NCBI GenBank assembly: GCA_964234715.1
Contig: OZ174283.1
Source of the DNA: Podarcis melisellensis
Taxonomy: Eukaryota
DNA: 64,000 nt
Reading direction: 5' to 3' (one strand)
Below, piece by piece: positions 51,148-62,712 of this stretch (the first letter of the stretch is position 1; the number at the start of each line of letters is the position of its first letter). Made by a program: the position numbers and the translations under genes. Below the pieces are notes generated by a model. It worked only from the letters and a program-made list of their open reading frames with translations, ran no database searches and was not told the DNA's origin.

Positions 51148-52545
51148 GCTTTTAGGTACAAAAACTTGCAAGGCCCTTGATTAACCATGCATCTTGCAAA
51201 TTTCTGAACCTGAAAGAATGTTAAAAGGTGTGCAAATATCCCTTCTCTAAGTAGATTTGAAGGCATAGGTATTCAGCCAGTGGTGGCATAGAACAAGTTG
51301 CTGTCCTCAATTATGGCTGGATGATTTCTACAAACTGCAGTGATTTGGCAGGGCCGAGGGAAGTGTGGGAGGCACGATTTAGGGGTAAAGTGGGCTGGCA
51401 GGGGGTGGGATACCATCAGGATTAAGCAGCCCATTAGACTATTTTGAGCCAGAGTAAAAGTTAAAATAGCACATTCCTGACTGCCGCAGTATAAAAATCT
51501 CTGTTAAGGAAGGAACCATCCAGTAGCCAAGCCCACCCTGCCTATAATATCAAACTCAAATTCCCCAAATAAACCACTCTTTGAAAAACTTCAACAACAA
51601 AAAATCAACAGCAATAACACCTGTTTTTAAAAGTATTCTGTTGCTTTTTCACATGTAACAAACATAATTTAAAATACAATAAACAATAGCAGCTAGTCTG
51701 TCATTTATTGGAACAAAAGGAGTAACAGAACCCATTTATAATGTCTATTAGAGACTCGTATCCAACAGGTCTCTCCAGATGTTTTGATGGGTCTGGGCAG
51801 TGATGTAGAAGGATAAAGGACTCATCTTGCCTCTAGTCACTCTGATCGGGCACATCAGTTTCTCAGCCAAGGCAGTGGACCACATCTGAGCATACTATGC
51901 TTCTATTGCAGAATGCCAACCTTTAGCTATTTCTAAATGAACAACTACCAGCAAAAATGTCAGCATCTCCTGAGGAGATAAATGTTGATTTGATTCATCT
52001 ATTCTTCCCAGCAGGGCTAACAAGGGAGTTGGAGATACCTGGGTTGTTTTGACATCTTTCTCAATTACCTTCTGATGCTCGCTGACCTTGGATTCTGTTT
52101 CTGTAGTACTCACAGTTTGCAAGTTGCTTATTAAGTTTTACTTCAGAGTCTTCCATTTCTCTCTAGATCATTCTTTGATTTCCCCTGACTTACTGAATGT
52201 AATTAAAATTATTTAACTTGAAAGTGCAGTTTGATATGTTTGGCAAAAGCAATTACTTTTAAAACTTATTTTATTTTCCAGCATAGTGAACATCTGCCTG
52301 ACAGGATGCAGCTAATTTTAGAGGCTACTCTGTTGCGAGGATGGCAGCAAATGAATCTTACTTCTCTGCCACCACAAAGTCAGCGCAGCGCCAGCCAGCA
52401 AAGCTTTTTTGAGTGGTTAGGGGCTTATCATATCTGAACCAAGAACAAATCCTTGGAGGCCTACTGTGACCAACACTTTGTTGAAAGTTGCTGACATCAA
52501 TTCTAATTTAGGTTGGTTCTACACTAAGACTGTGAACACACCATA

Positions 52546-53448
52546 CAGTGGTGCCCCGCAAGCCGAACGCCTCGCAAGACGAAAAACCCGCTAGACGAAA
52601 GGGTTTTCCGTTTTGGAGGCGCTTCGCAAGACGAATTTCCCTATGGGCTTGCTTCGCAAGAAGAAAGCCCATAGGGAAATCTCCGGGGACCTCTTTTAAA
52701 TGCTAGCGGTGGGGAGCAAAGCCTTTCCCCCCCCTCCGGCCTTCAGAAGAGGTCCAGGAAGGCCGGCGGGGGCCGAAAGGCTTTGCTCCCCACCGCCAGC
52801 ATTTTAAAAGCAGTCGGGGATAGCAGGGAAGCGCTTCCCGCTATCCCGGATGGCTTTTGAAGGCAGGCGGGGGGGGAGAGCAAAGACTTTTGCCCCCCGC
52901 CCGCCTTCAGAAGAGGTCCTGGACCTCTTCTGAAGGCTGGCGGGGGGCAAAAGTCTTTGTCCCCCCTGCCTGCCTTCCCGGGGGCTTTTAAATCGCCCCG
53001 GGACAGCGGAGAATTCCTCCGCTGTCCCAGGGCAATTTTAAAATGCTGGCGGGCGGCAGTGAAGGCTTCGCTGCCGCCCGCCAGCATTTTAAAATCGCCC
53101 CGGGACAGCGGAGAAGTCTCCGCTGTCCCGGGGGCTTTTAAAATGCTGGGGGACGGCGGCGCTGCCGCCCGCCAGCATTTTAAAATCGCCCCGGGACAGC
53201 GGAGAAGTCTCCGCTCTCCCGGGAAGGCAGGCGGGGGGGGGGGGAGCAAAGACTTTTGCCCCCCGCCGGCCTTCAGAAGAGGTCGGGGGACAGACTGTCC
53301 CCAGACCTGGTCTGAAGGCGGTTTCCATAGGAACGCATTGATTGATTTTCAATGCATTCCTATGGGAAACCGTGCTTCGCAAGACGAAAAACTCGCAAGA
53401 CGAAAAGACTTGCGGAACGAATTAATTTCGTCTTGCGAGGCACCACTG
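52546..53448. mobile_element. Young Tc1/mariner non-autonomous element with GC-rich internal repeats
   Basis: TA|cagtggtgccccgcaag...cttgcgaggcaccactg|TA. Repeated gcaagacgaa subterminal motifs and internal direct and inverted modules. Confidence 0.88.
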
Positions 53449-54067
53449 TACATTTAAAGCACATGACTTCCTCCAAAGAATCCTGGGAACTGTAGTTTGT
53501 TAAATGTGCTGGGAGTTGTGGTACTGTGAAAGGTAAACTGTGCCATCGAGGAAATGGTTTTTGAAGGGAATAATGTGATTTAAATGAATGGTGCATACAA
53601 ATCCAAAGGCTGCCTACATGTTACCAGCTTAAAAGGCAACTAGTCATTCTTTTTATCAAAGCTGGTTTGGGGGAAATGTGTCAAAATACAGTATTTCATT
53701 AGAAACAACAGGATAGATCTGGCAGGTCGCTAAAGTTATGTATACACCACTTCCCAAACCTGCAGTGGGAGCACACAGGATGCAGAGTAAAAGGGAGTGT
53801 GTGCACAGCCTAGGTTTTCTCAGCATTACTAAATATTCTCTCTTCCATTTTAAGCTCTAAGTGGAATTAAAGCAACGGTTCTACACTGCAGTTAACATTG
53901 TAATTTATCTCCATTCACACCCAGCAATGCAAATGGTGTTAAGGGAAAATGGGGGTTGTGCATGTAGGGCAGACCCTTCAAGTGTCCCTAATTTCCAGGA
54001 ACAGGCCCTGATGTAGAGAAGCCGTCCTGGTTTCTGATTTGATCCTGGAATGTCCCACTTTACCTTA

Positions 54068-54330
54068 AAGGTAAAGGGTAAAGGGACCCCTGACCGTTAG
54101 GTCCAGTTGTGACCGACTCTGGGGTTGCGGCGCTCATCTCGCTTTATTGGCTTTATTGTACAGCTTCCGGGTCATGTGGCCAGCATGACTAAGCCGCTTC
54201 TGGCAAACCAGAGCAGCACACGGAAATGCCGTTTACCTTCCTGCCAGAGTGCTACCTATTTATCTACTTGCACTTTGATGTGCTTTCGAACTGCTAGGTT
54301 GGCAGGAGCAAGGACTGAGCAACGGGAGCT
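54068..54330 (-). mobile_element. 5'-truncated Sauria SINE nested in a MITE (about 53969-54420)
   Basis: aaggtaaagggtaaaggg tail, gtgctttcgaactgctagg core. 12-bp TSD CACTTTACCTTA at 54056 and 54331. Confidence 0.85.
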
Positions 54331-54974
54331 CACTTTACCTTAGGACGTCCCTATTTTCATCAGAGAAATGTTGGGAGGTATAGTAGGATGTTCTTTTCCA
54401 ACGGAGAAATGTTGGAGCTAGAGTAGGGGGGCGCATGCATGTGTATCATTTGAAGGGATGGGTAAGGAAAAGAGTGCAGGAAGTGAAATTGACAACTATA
54501 TGAAGCTAGTAACAGCTGTCATCAGAGGATCTGAAGTGTCATCAATATATGGATGATACCAAACTCTATCTCTCTGTCCATATGAATTAAGAGAGGTGGT
54601 TGAGGTGTATTGCTTATTGGCAGTAGTGGGCTAGATGTGGACCAAGAATTTGAAGCTGAATCATAAATCGACAAAGGTGTTTTGTGTCCCAACTTCTCAT
54701 ATCTGGGAGGTGAGATGTGACCTGCTCACCTTCTCTGTCTCTAGCCCAGTGGGAGAGCACCAGCAAACAATGTAAGCGAACAGAATGGCAGTTGCCCCTG
54801 GCTGCTTGCTCATCTGTTCTTTCTCTCTCTGAGCTGTGATGGAGACTAGGCCCAAAAGCAGAGGGATAATTAGTGGGTGATCACAAGGAGGAGAGAGGCC
54901 ACTGGGGGATTTTATCCAATGACCCCCCCCCAAAAAAAAATCAAGCTGGCGCAGGTGATTTTTGTTAATATGGG

Positions 54975-55482
54975 AGGGAAACTCGGAAACTACAGCTAAT
55001 CCAGAATGCGGCAGCTAGACTGGTGACTGGGAGTTGCCGCCGAGACCACATAACACCGGTCTTGAAAGACCTACGTTGGCTCCCAGTATGTTTCCGAGCA
55101 CAATTTAAAGTGACATTTAAAGCCCTAAACAGCCTCGGCCCAGTATACCTGAAAGAGCATCTCCACCCCCATCGTTCAACCAGGACACTGAGCTCCAGCG
55201 CCGAGGGCCTTCTGGCAGTTCCCTCACTGCGAGAAGCAAAGTTACAGGGAACCAGGAAGAGGGCCTTCTTGATAGTGGCGCCCACTCTGTGAGACGCCCT
55301 CATCAGATGTCAAAGAAATTAACAACTATCTGACATTTAGAAGATATCGGAAGGCAGCCCTGTTTAGGGAAGTTTTTAATGACTGATGTTTTAAGGTATT
55401 TTTAATTGTTGGAAGCTGCCCAGAGTGACTGGGGAAACCCAGCCAGATGGGCGGGGTATAAATTATAATGATGATGATGATG
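54975..55482 (+). mobile_element. L2 LINE 3' end
   Basis: KLQLIQNAAARLVTG...DHITPVLKDLRWLPV...RAFLIVAPTL, 3' tail gcccagagtgactgggg...(TGA)n. Confidence 0.88.
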
Positions 55483-55490
55483 AACATTTC

Positions 55491-55822
55491 CATACCCGCC
55501 TACATTTTTCCAATGAAAATAGGGACATCCCATTCCATAATGATAATTTTACTATTTATATCCCACACATCTTATTGGGTTGCCCCATCATTCTGGGCAG
55601 CTTCCAACATATGTAAAAACATAATAAAACATTAAACATTTTTTTAAAAAACCTTCCTTATACAGTACAGGATTGCCTTCAGACAGCTTGGCGGTTGGAT
55701 AACTCTATACCCTCCAACATTTCTCCAATGAAAATTGGGACATTCCAGGATCAAATCAGAAACCGTGGTGGCTTCTCTAAATCAAGGACATCCCTGGAAA
55801 ATAGAGACACTTGAAGTGTCTG
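55491..55822. mobile_element. MITE, inverted relative to the copy at 53969-54420
   Basis: ggacattccaggatcaaatcagaaacc...gacacttgaagtgtctg is the reverse complement of 53970-54055. Confidence 0.65.
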
Positions 55823-55889
55823 CATTTCTGTGACTGTGTATTCTAGCCAATGTAGGCTTTACAACTGCCATAGAGAAAACAGCAGTATT

Positions 55890-56800
55890 TAGAGGTGTTC
55901 GACCAGTGCTTGGAAGCAGAGATGGGTTGGATGAAGGTCAGTAAACAGAAGCTGAATCCTGAAAAGACAAGATCTTATGTTCTCAAGTTCTCATGCCTGG
56001 GAGGTGGGTGCAAATCCACTACTTGGGCTGCTCTTGGATTCAACACTGTCCCTGGAGGCTCAGGTGGCCTGAATGGCTAGGAGTGCCTTTTCCCAGCTCC
56101 AACTGGTCTGCCAGTTGCAGCCTATTTTGGACAGAAATTACTTGGCTGCTATATGGAGACTCAGGAAAAGCCACAGAGGCCTGTTCTTGTCCTGTTTTTT
56201 TGTCATTTTGCTTCTGTAAAAAACTGCCTGCTTTAGAATTTAGGAGGGTGAGCCACAAACATGTGAAGCCCAGATAACGTTGCTTGGCAATTTTCAGGAA
56301 AACCTCCCTCTGCCAGGCATCTCTCCCCTTCAAGGTCTCCAGGCAGTGTGTCCTGTTTCGATTAGCGCAAGGAATCTCGAAAGAGGGAAAGGAAGGGGGG
56401 ATGCTTATAAAAAGTATGAACAAAGGCTATTTGGGGCGGATTCACCATCACACTCAGCTGAATAAACAAGTGATGATGGGAGACCAAGGCAGCTTGGGCC
56501 TGGTTAGCAGACCCCAACGGCTATACTCCATTCTTTGGTAACTTCGAGACTGGATAGTTGCAATGTCCTCTATAGGGGGCTACCCTTGAAGATGACTTGG
56601 AAACGTCCAACTGATCCAAAATACAGCGGCCATATTACTGGCTGGGATCCTATTTAAATTTCATATAAGCTGTTTTAAAACAGCTACACTAGTTCCCAGT
56701 TCATTTCCAGGTCCAATTCAAGGTGCCCCAAATGGCTCAGGCCCCAAATATTTGAAAGGCCACCTCTTTCCCTACAGAGACTCTTGGGTGTTAAAATTAG
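55890..56800 (+). mobile_element. Degenerate L2 fragments
   Basis: WMKVSKQKLNPEKT; ctgatccaaaatacagcggcc...ccaattcaaggtg remnants. Confidence 0.6.
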
Positions 56801-57639
56801 CAGAAGTGGGCCTCTTGATAATTTGGCAGCTATCTATGCTCCTATTCATTGGAAAACACATGAAATGATCAGCCCCAATTGTTTAAAGCACTGGTCTTTA
56901 AGTTGAACTGGTGATGTGGGGCTCACTGTCATTCACATCTTTCTCTAAAGTGGGTGATGAGAGTGGTGTTACTTTTTTGTTTTGTTTAGTAATTGTTTTT
57001 AAAGAGGGAAGGTGCCTACTTGACCCAAAAAAGGACAGGTGATCTGTAACTTTAATAATTTAGAAAAGGGAATTTCATCTTGTCCTGCTTTCCCCATCTT
57101 TGCATGACTAGAGAAAAAAAAATGGTCGTGATTTTATAAAACCCCAAAATCGCACCCCATGTTGCAAACTCTAGTTAAATGTATGATCAGGATTATATTG
57201 TTTTAAGGCAGCAGCTCCCAAGATATTTTGGGACTCCAGCTCCCCTTAGCCATAACCACAGGCCAGGATGAAGGGAGTTGGAATCCCACATAAACTGAAA
57301 AACCCCTTTATCTAAATAAGAAATGCACTGCCTCGCCACGCTTCCTGTCTTTAAAAACGAACAAACTCCGGCAGGCTTTCGCTTTCTTTGGCGGGTAATG
57401 TTTTTAATGTGGCGCACTTGATAAATCTGCTGTCCCCGTTTCGCTTCCACATCGGGTCGGGTTGTGGTTTTATATTGTTGTTTCTCATCCTCAAGTTGTT
57501 ATATTTTAGTTATCTGAGAGATGCGCAACAGCAGCAGGCCGGAGGTTCGCAAATAAAATAAAGCAATACAAGTATTTTATTTTATTTTTTTTAAAAAATG
57601 GCAGGCACCCAAACAGACTCTGGCACGTGCCTTCAACAT

Positions 57640-59000
57640 CATGTGTGAAAACGTCCTAATGTGCGTGTCCAAGCCTCATCCCGCCTTCCGGCCCGCTCCC
57701 TACGCGCGAAAAGAACGAACGCGGGCCCTCCCCGCTACTCAAATGACGCAAACACAGTCCCCGCCCTTCCCTCGTTGATTCCGGAATCGCGCTCACACAC
57801 GCGCGCGCGGCCCCAAATCCCTCCTCCTCCGCCCTCACGCCAAAATAATCGCGGAGGCAGCGTCCCGTGCCGCCTCCTCTCTCGTCTCTTAGCCAATCAG
57901 AGTCCGTGTGCTCCGAGCGCCGGCGTCTCGGCTCCCCTTCCTCTCCTCCGCCTGCCCGCCCTCGAGAGGCTGTCTCGCGAGACTCGAGAGCCGGCTCTGT
58001 TCCTGGTTGGTGGGATCGCGCTGAGAAAGCCGGGGCGGCAGCGGCGAGAGGGGGCCGTGGGAGAAGAAGAAGAAGAACTAGAAGAATAAAAGAAGAAGGA
58101 CCGGCCCGAGTCGCGCGGAGCGAAACTAGCGGCGAGACCCGTCCTCATATATACATATATTGAAGCGGCGGAGTTTTCGAGCCAGGCCTCCTCTTGTGTG
58201 TGGACGGGGGTTTCCATTATGTCTGCGGCGGGGCAGGAGAACGAGAACGCCGGCTCCCTGCCTGCCGGCGCTTCGGTTCCCGTCGCGGAGAACGCGGGGG
58301 CGGGCGCCGCCGAGGGGCCGCCCGGAGGAGACGCCGAAGGAGCGGTGAGGAAACGAAAAGGGAAACGGCGCCTGGATGAGGGGGGGAGGGGGGCAGCGGC
58401 GAAGGTGTGAAGCTCCTCGTCGCCGGTTCTTGCCCGGTCGGTGGGGAGGCTCTTCGCTCGCCCTATCCGGCGGTGGGGGGGGGGGCAGGTGTCGCGGCGC
58501 CGGTCCAGTGCCGCCCCCTCAACGCGCTTCTACTTCGACCGGAGCGTCGGTTGTAGCCGCCGCGTCTCTCTCGTCGGCGGTGCCTCAGAGCGGCCGGGTT
58601 GGGCCCCAGCCGAGCCGCGTGGGGCTGAGACAATAGCGAAGAGGAGGAGGAGAGAGAGGAGGCGGAGGAGGAGCGGCTCTTCTCAGAAGCGCCTCGGGAA
58701 GCCCCGCCAACGTGCGTTGGGTCTTCGCCTCAGGAGCGCCTCCCGCCCTCGCTTTCCCCCTCTGAGGAAGGCGGGCGCGTTGGTTGGCACCTCCAGCGAC
58801 GAGACTCCTTCCTTCCTTTCTCCCGGAGGCGGGATCCTCCGCTGCTTCTTTGCCGTGGCAAGCGGCCCGACAAAGCAAGCAACTGAGGGGGAGGAAGGGG
58901 GCGCACAGATCCCTCCAAGGGAAGCAGCCTCCCTCTCCGCACACACCGCGATCCCTTCAAACGGCCCAATCCTTAAAGGTGTTCTTTGTCGGAAGCGAGT
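57640..59000 (+). promoter_or_regulatory. SMARCA5: CpG island / SMARCA5 promoter
   Basis: Very high GC and CpG content. TGACGCAA 57744, GC box about 57759, CCAAT box 57891-57900, TCTCGCGAGA 57973-57982, upstream E2F-like TTTGGCGG 57387. Confidence 0.88.
58219..58344 (+). CDS. SMARCA5: SMARCA5 (SNF2H) coding exon 1
   Basis: ccattATGt start. MSAAGQENENAG...PPGGDAEGA, then a phase-0 donor GCG|gtgagg in frame with exon 2. The N-terminus is low-complexity, so the donor is inferred. Confidence 0.78.
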
Positions 59001-59839
59001 CTCAAACAAGTGAAATCAGGATGAACTACGCACGAAAGTTACCCTACTTGCAAACTGGGTCGATTAGTGAATTCGTTGCTTCCAATGCGTGCACGCAGTT
59101 TGAAGGGTTGTTTTGGTTCTGTGCTGGAGATACGACACAAAAGGCCTGCTTGGTTTTTTTAGGTTGTTATAGGTCTTTCATGCTTGTGTGTCTGGTACAA
59201 AGCCAGAGTGGTTGGCCTTCCATTAGGATACTTTGATATAACAAGTGGTCCATCCGGCCCGGGTCAGATGTTCTCAGGTGGAATGGATAACGATAGATAT
59301 TTTGTGCCCACGAAAAGAATGAAAAGTCATTTGTATGCGTTTACCCCACCACTAATGGTGATGTTGCATACATTTTCTTTTGTTTGGTACCATGTTGTAT
59401 TATCATTTGTGCACCTGTTTCTAGTTTATATACATTTTCCTAATATGGGGAAATATGGGACTGTTAAAAACCTGATCCTACTGTTTTCAAAAGGACTTAC
59501 TTCCTGGTACTTGCAGCCTCATAGTTTTGTCTTCGGTGTTTTTCTGTTCTGTTGTGTAATCTTGCCTTATATAACTATATTGGCGGTTAATATACAGCAA
59601 CAGCTAATAGACTAAAAGTTCTACTCATACAGACAAACACAAGGGCTGCAAGTTGTTGAACCACCTGATTTAAACAAGGGGGGCGGGATAATAACAATAG
59701 GTAGTAGGTGCCTTGTATGGTTGTGAAGCTGATCATTTTACCTTTCTTAACATGTTGAGGGATCAAGTGGGGATGTTAGTGTTAATGATTAGGGTCCTTC
59801 ACCTGCTGCGGCTCAGGAATTTGTTTTAAGTTCCATAGC

Positions 59840-60480
59840 CATGGGAATAGGACAGAACCCTGAAGAACATCACTAACTAACAGCCAAGGTTCAAACAGGA
59901 ATCCCTCAGCGCCACCTTCTAGGTTTGCCCCTCCAGAAAGGAACAGAGCCATTGTAAAATAGTGCCCCCAAGTCCCATCTCAGAAAGGTGACTCAGAAGG
60001 ATACCATGATTGATGGTGTAAAAGCCACTGAAAGGTCCAGCAGAACCAACAGGGACATACTCCTCCTGTATAGTTTCTTGCATGTCATCCATGAAGGCAA
60101 CCAAAGCTGTTTCTGTCCCATAACCAGGCCTGAAACCAGTTTGAAATGCTCCAAGATAATCTGTTGAATCTCAGAACCACTAGAGTTCAGATACCACAAC
60201 ACACTCCAGTATCTTGCCCTGAAAGGGAATATTGAGAACAGGCAGCTGATTATCCAATATGGTGGAATTCATGGAGGGCTTTTTCCATAGAGGTTTTATA
60301 ACTGCCTCCTTTGGGCATGCTGGAACCCTTCCTTGTTGTAAGGAGGCATTTACCCTCTCTTTACCCACTCAGCCATTCTCCCACTGGCCTTTTTAATGAG
60401 CCAGGAAGGCCAAGGATCTAGCTCTCACATTGCCAATAATCCTGTCCACATCATTGGGCTGTACAAATCGAAAAGTATCC
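59840..60480 (-). mobile_element. L2 LINE reverse-transcriptase fragment
   Basis: KEAVIKPLWKKPS..PVLNIPF.GKILE; LVLLDLSVAF; INHGILLSHLSEMGLGGTILQWLCSFLEG. Confidence 0.85.
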
Positions 60481-62257
60481 ATGCTCACCCTGGTTAAATA
60501 CATATGTCATAGGAATATAGTATGCTTCATAGTGGAGGTGCTGCTATATGCCTCCTTGATGAGAGAGAGTGGTTCCTACAGTCCCTGTCTGCTCCTAAAG
60601 GGTAGTCCTCAGTAGATCCAACTGATTTTAATAACGTCACTCTAGTGTCAATTCTTCCTTTAGATATTGAAATGTGTAGTTTCTCTCAAATGCCAGGATT
60701 TCTTTGCATGATACTGAACTAGATCTGGTTTTATAGGAGAAATGGATGGGAAAAGTCATCCCTGTTGACTCTTACAGATCTCCTCAGTGTCTTTCTTCTT
60801 CTTCAAATATATAACTATGATAACTTTTCCAGGTTGGAGTCTTAAAGTGATTGGAGCAAGAGGTGGTCTGGGTTCTACCCCATGGTTGCTGGCTTGTGGG
60901 TTGTGCAAATGTTCCATTTTATTTCCTGTGTTACAAAACATGAAATTGTTGGGTACAGTGATATCAGTATGCTGCTAGTAACCAACTCTAGCTGTCATTG
61001 TTTAATCCTGGGAATGCAATTGAAGATTGGATGAACAAACTGAAACTTAATCCTGACAGGATCTGGATTTGGAACAGTTTGTTTGTTTGTTTATAATGCC
61101 ATCCTTCATCTGAAGATGACAGACGGGACAGTTTACAAGACAGGGAATTTTAAGATTGTTTGTAACTTAAATGACTTAAAAGCGAGGCATTATTCAAGCT
61201 TAAATCCATTGCTACATCTTACCTCCTCAATATTACTCCCCAAAAAATATTGACTGGGGCCACAGTTCAGTGGAAAATGCCTGGCATGCTAGATGTCCCA
61301 GATCCAATCTCTGGCATCAATCGGGGGAATGCAGGTAGCAGAGCTGTGAAGAAACACACGTGTGCACATAAACACGCACAGAGCACCTGGAGGGCTGTTG
61401 CCCGCAGGAGTAAACCTACTTAGCATAGTTAGTGTGCAATCTGTGTGGGATGGGATTACACTGCCCCTAAAAACTCAGCTTCATGGCTGGTGTAACAACA
61501 GTGACCAATAGCATTCTTATTACCGTACAAACTTGGGTATGCCCACTGGCTCCTTTTCTGGCCATGACAATTCATGTGTGATGATAATCCACTTGGATTG
61601 CCATAAAGTGCTTCATGCAGGACTGTATTTGAAGACTTCATTGAAACTATATCGTCCAATTTAAAAACAAATGCACTGGAGAACTGGTAGTCAGTAAATT
61701 AGCTTTTAAATAAAATGAACTCTTATTAATTATTTTCTTTGACTAAAATTTCCTTGTGACCTGATAAATTTTCCTCTTAAAGTGATATGTATTGTTTTCT
61801 TTTCTGCCTTCCTTCTCCCCCCCCACCCCCAGGTTATAATTTGCGTTCACTAAATAGGCCATAGGGAAAGAAAATGTTTATATAGGTTCCGATAGCTATA
61901 TAATAAATTTCACATTGCACTGGAAATACATTGTGTTATAAAGCTCCCTTACTGTCTTTCTTTCCCATCATACTTGTTACCATGTTACTATAGTACCTGT
62001 ATTGAGTGGAGAATTAAATGCTGAAACGTACTATCTACAATATTCTTCATCTATCAATTTAAAAGTTACAAAATGTCTACTGAAACTTTCTGCAATGAAT
62101 AATGGAAAAAATATTTAGATTAACAATTTTCAGTAGAAGACCCAGTATGATCAGCAATTTGATGGTTATATAATTCTAAATTGGGAGAAAGGAATAAACA
62201 TTGGACAGTCAACATTCTTAAAAGGTACATGAGATCAAGACAACAAATGTTAATATA

Positions 62258-62421
62258 CCATATTTTTCTGTGTATAAGACTAGGTGTCCCCCCCAAAAAA
62301 TAATGTCAAAAATCAGTGGGCGTCTTATACACGGATAATGCAGAGGGTGGACTGGCGATTGGTTGTTGTCCCCAAAATGTTGTCTTATACATGGGGGCAT
62401 CTTATAGATGGAAAAATATGG
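62258..62421. mobile_element. Tc1/mariner (TA-flanked) MITE
   Basis: TA|ccatatttttctgtgtataagac...cttatagatggaaaaatatgg|TA. Confidence 0.75.
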
Positions 62422-62637
62422 TAGTTTGTCATCTCTGTTATTAGATTGGGTAGGCAATAGATCAGAAGTGATATCATAACTGTATAACCATGCCAAAAAG
62501 ACAAAATAGTGGATATATGCAGCTTGTCATGAGAAACACCACTTTGGGTTACCTGCTTCTTAAATACTTGATACATTTGTGAAGTTTTGAGGTGCAGAAA
62601 GAAAACAAAGTATCTCTTTTTAATTTTTATGTTCCAG

Positions 62638-62712
62638 GATGTGGTTGATGACGAATCTCCAGGAATACAAAAAGAGAACCAAGAACCAGATCCTACATAT
62701 GAAGAGAAAATG
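62638..62712 (+). CDS. SMARCA5: SMARCA5 coding exon 2
   Basis: ttccag|GAT...ATG|gtttgt, 75 nt. [25 protein letters not shown] resembles human [25 protein letters not shown], and GAB1-SMARCA5 synteny is conserved. Confidence 0.92.

Noticed and set aside
52743-53457. 166-168 aa repetitive ORFs on both strands
   Set aside because: Translation of internal repeats of a non-autonomous transposon; no transposase motifs.
53969-55822. Single composite transposon with long TIRs
   Set aside because: The outer flanks share no TSD; better explained as two independent inverted MITE copies.
57656-59236. Arg/Gly/Pro-rich ORFs across the CpG island
   Set aside because: Explained by stop-codon scarcity in GC-rich DNA. 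Only 58219-58344 splices in frame to the SMARCA5 exon.
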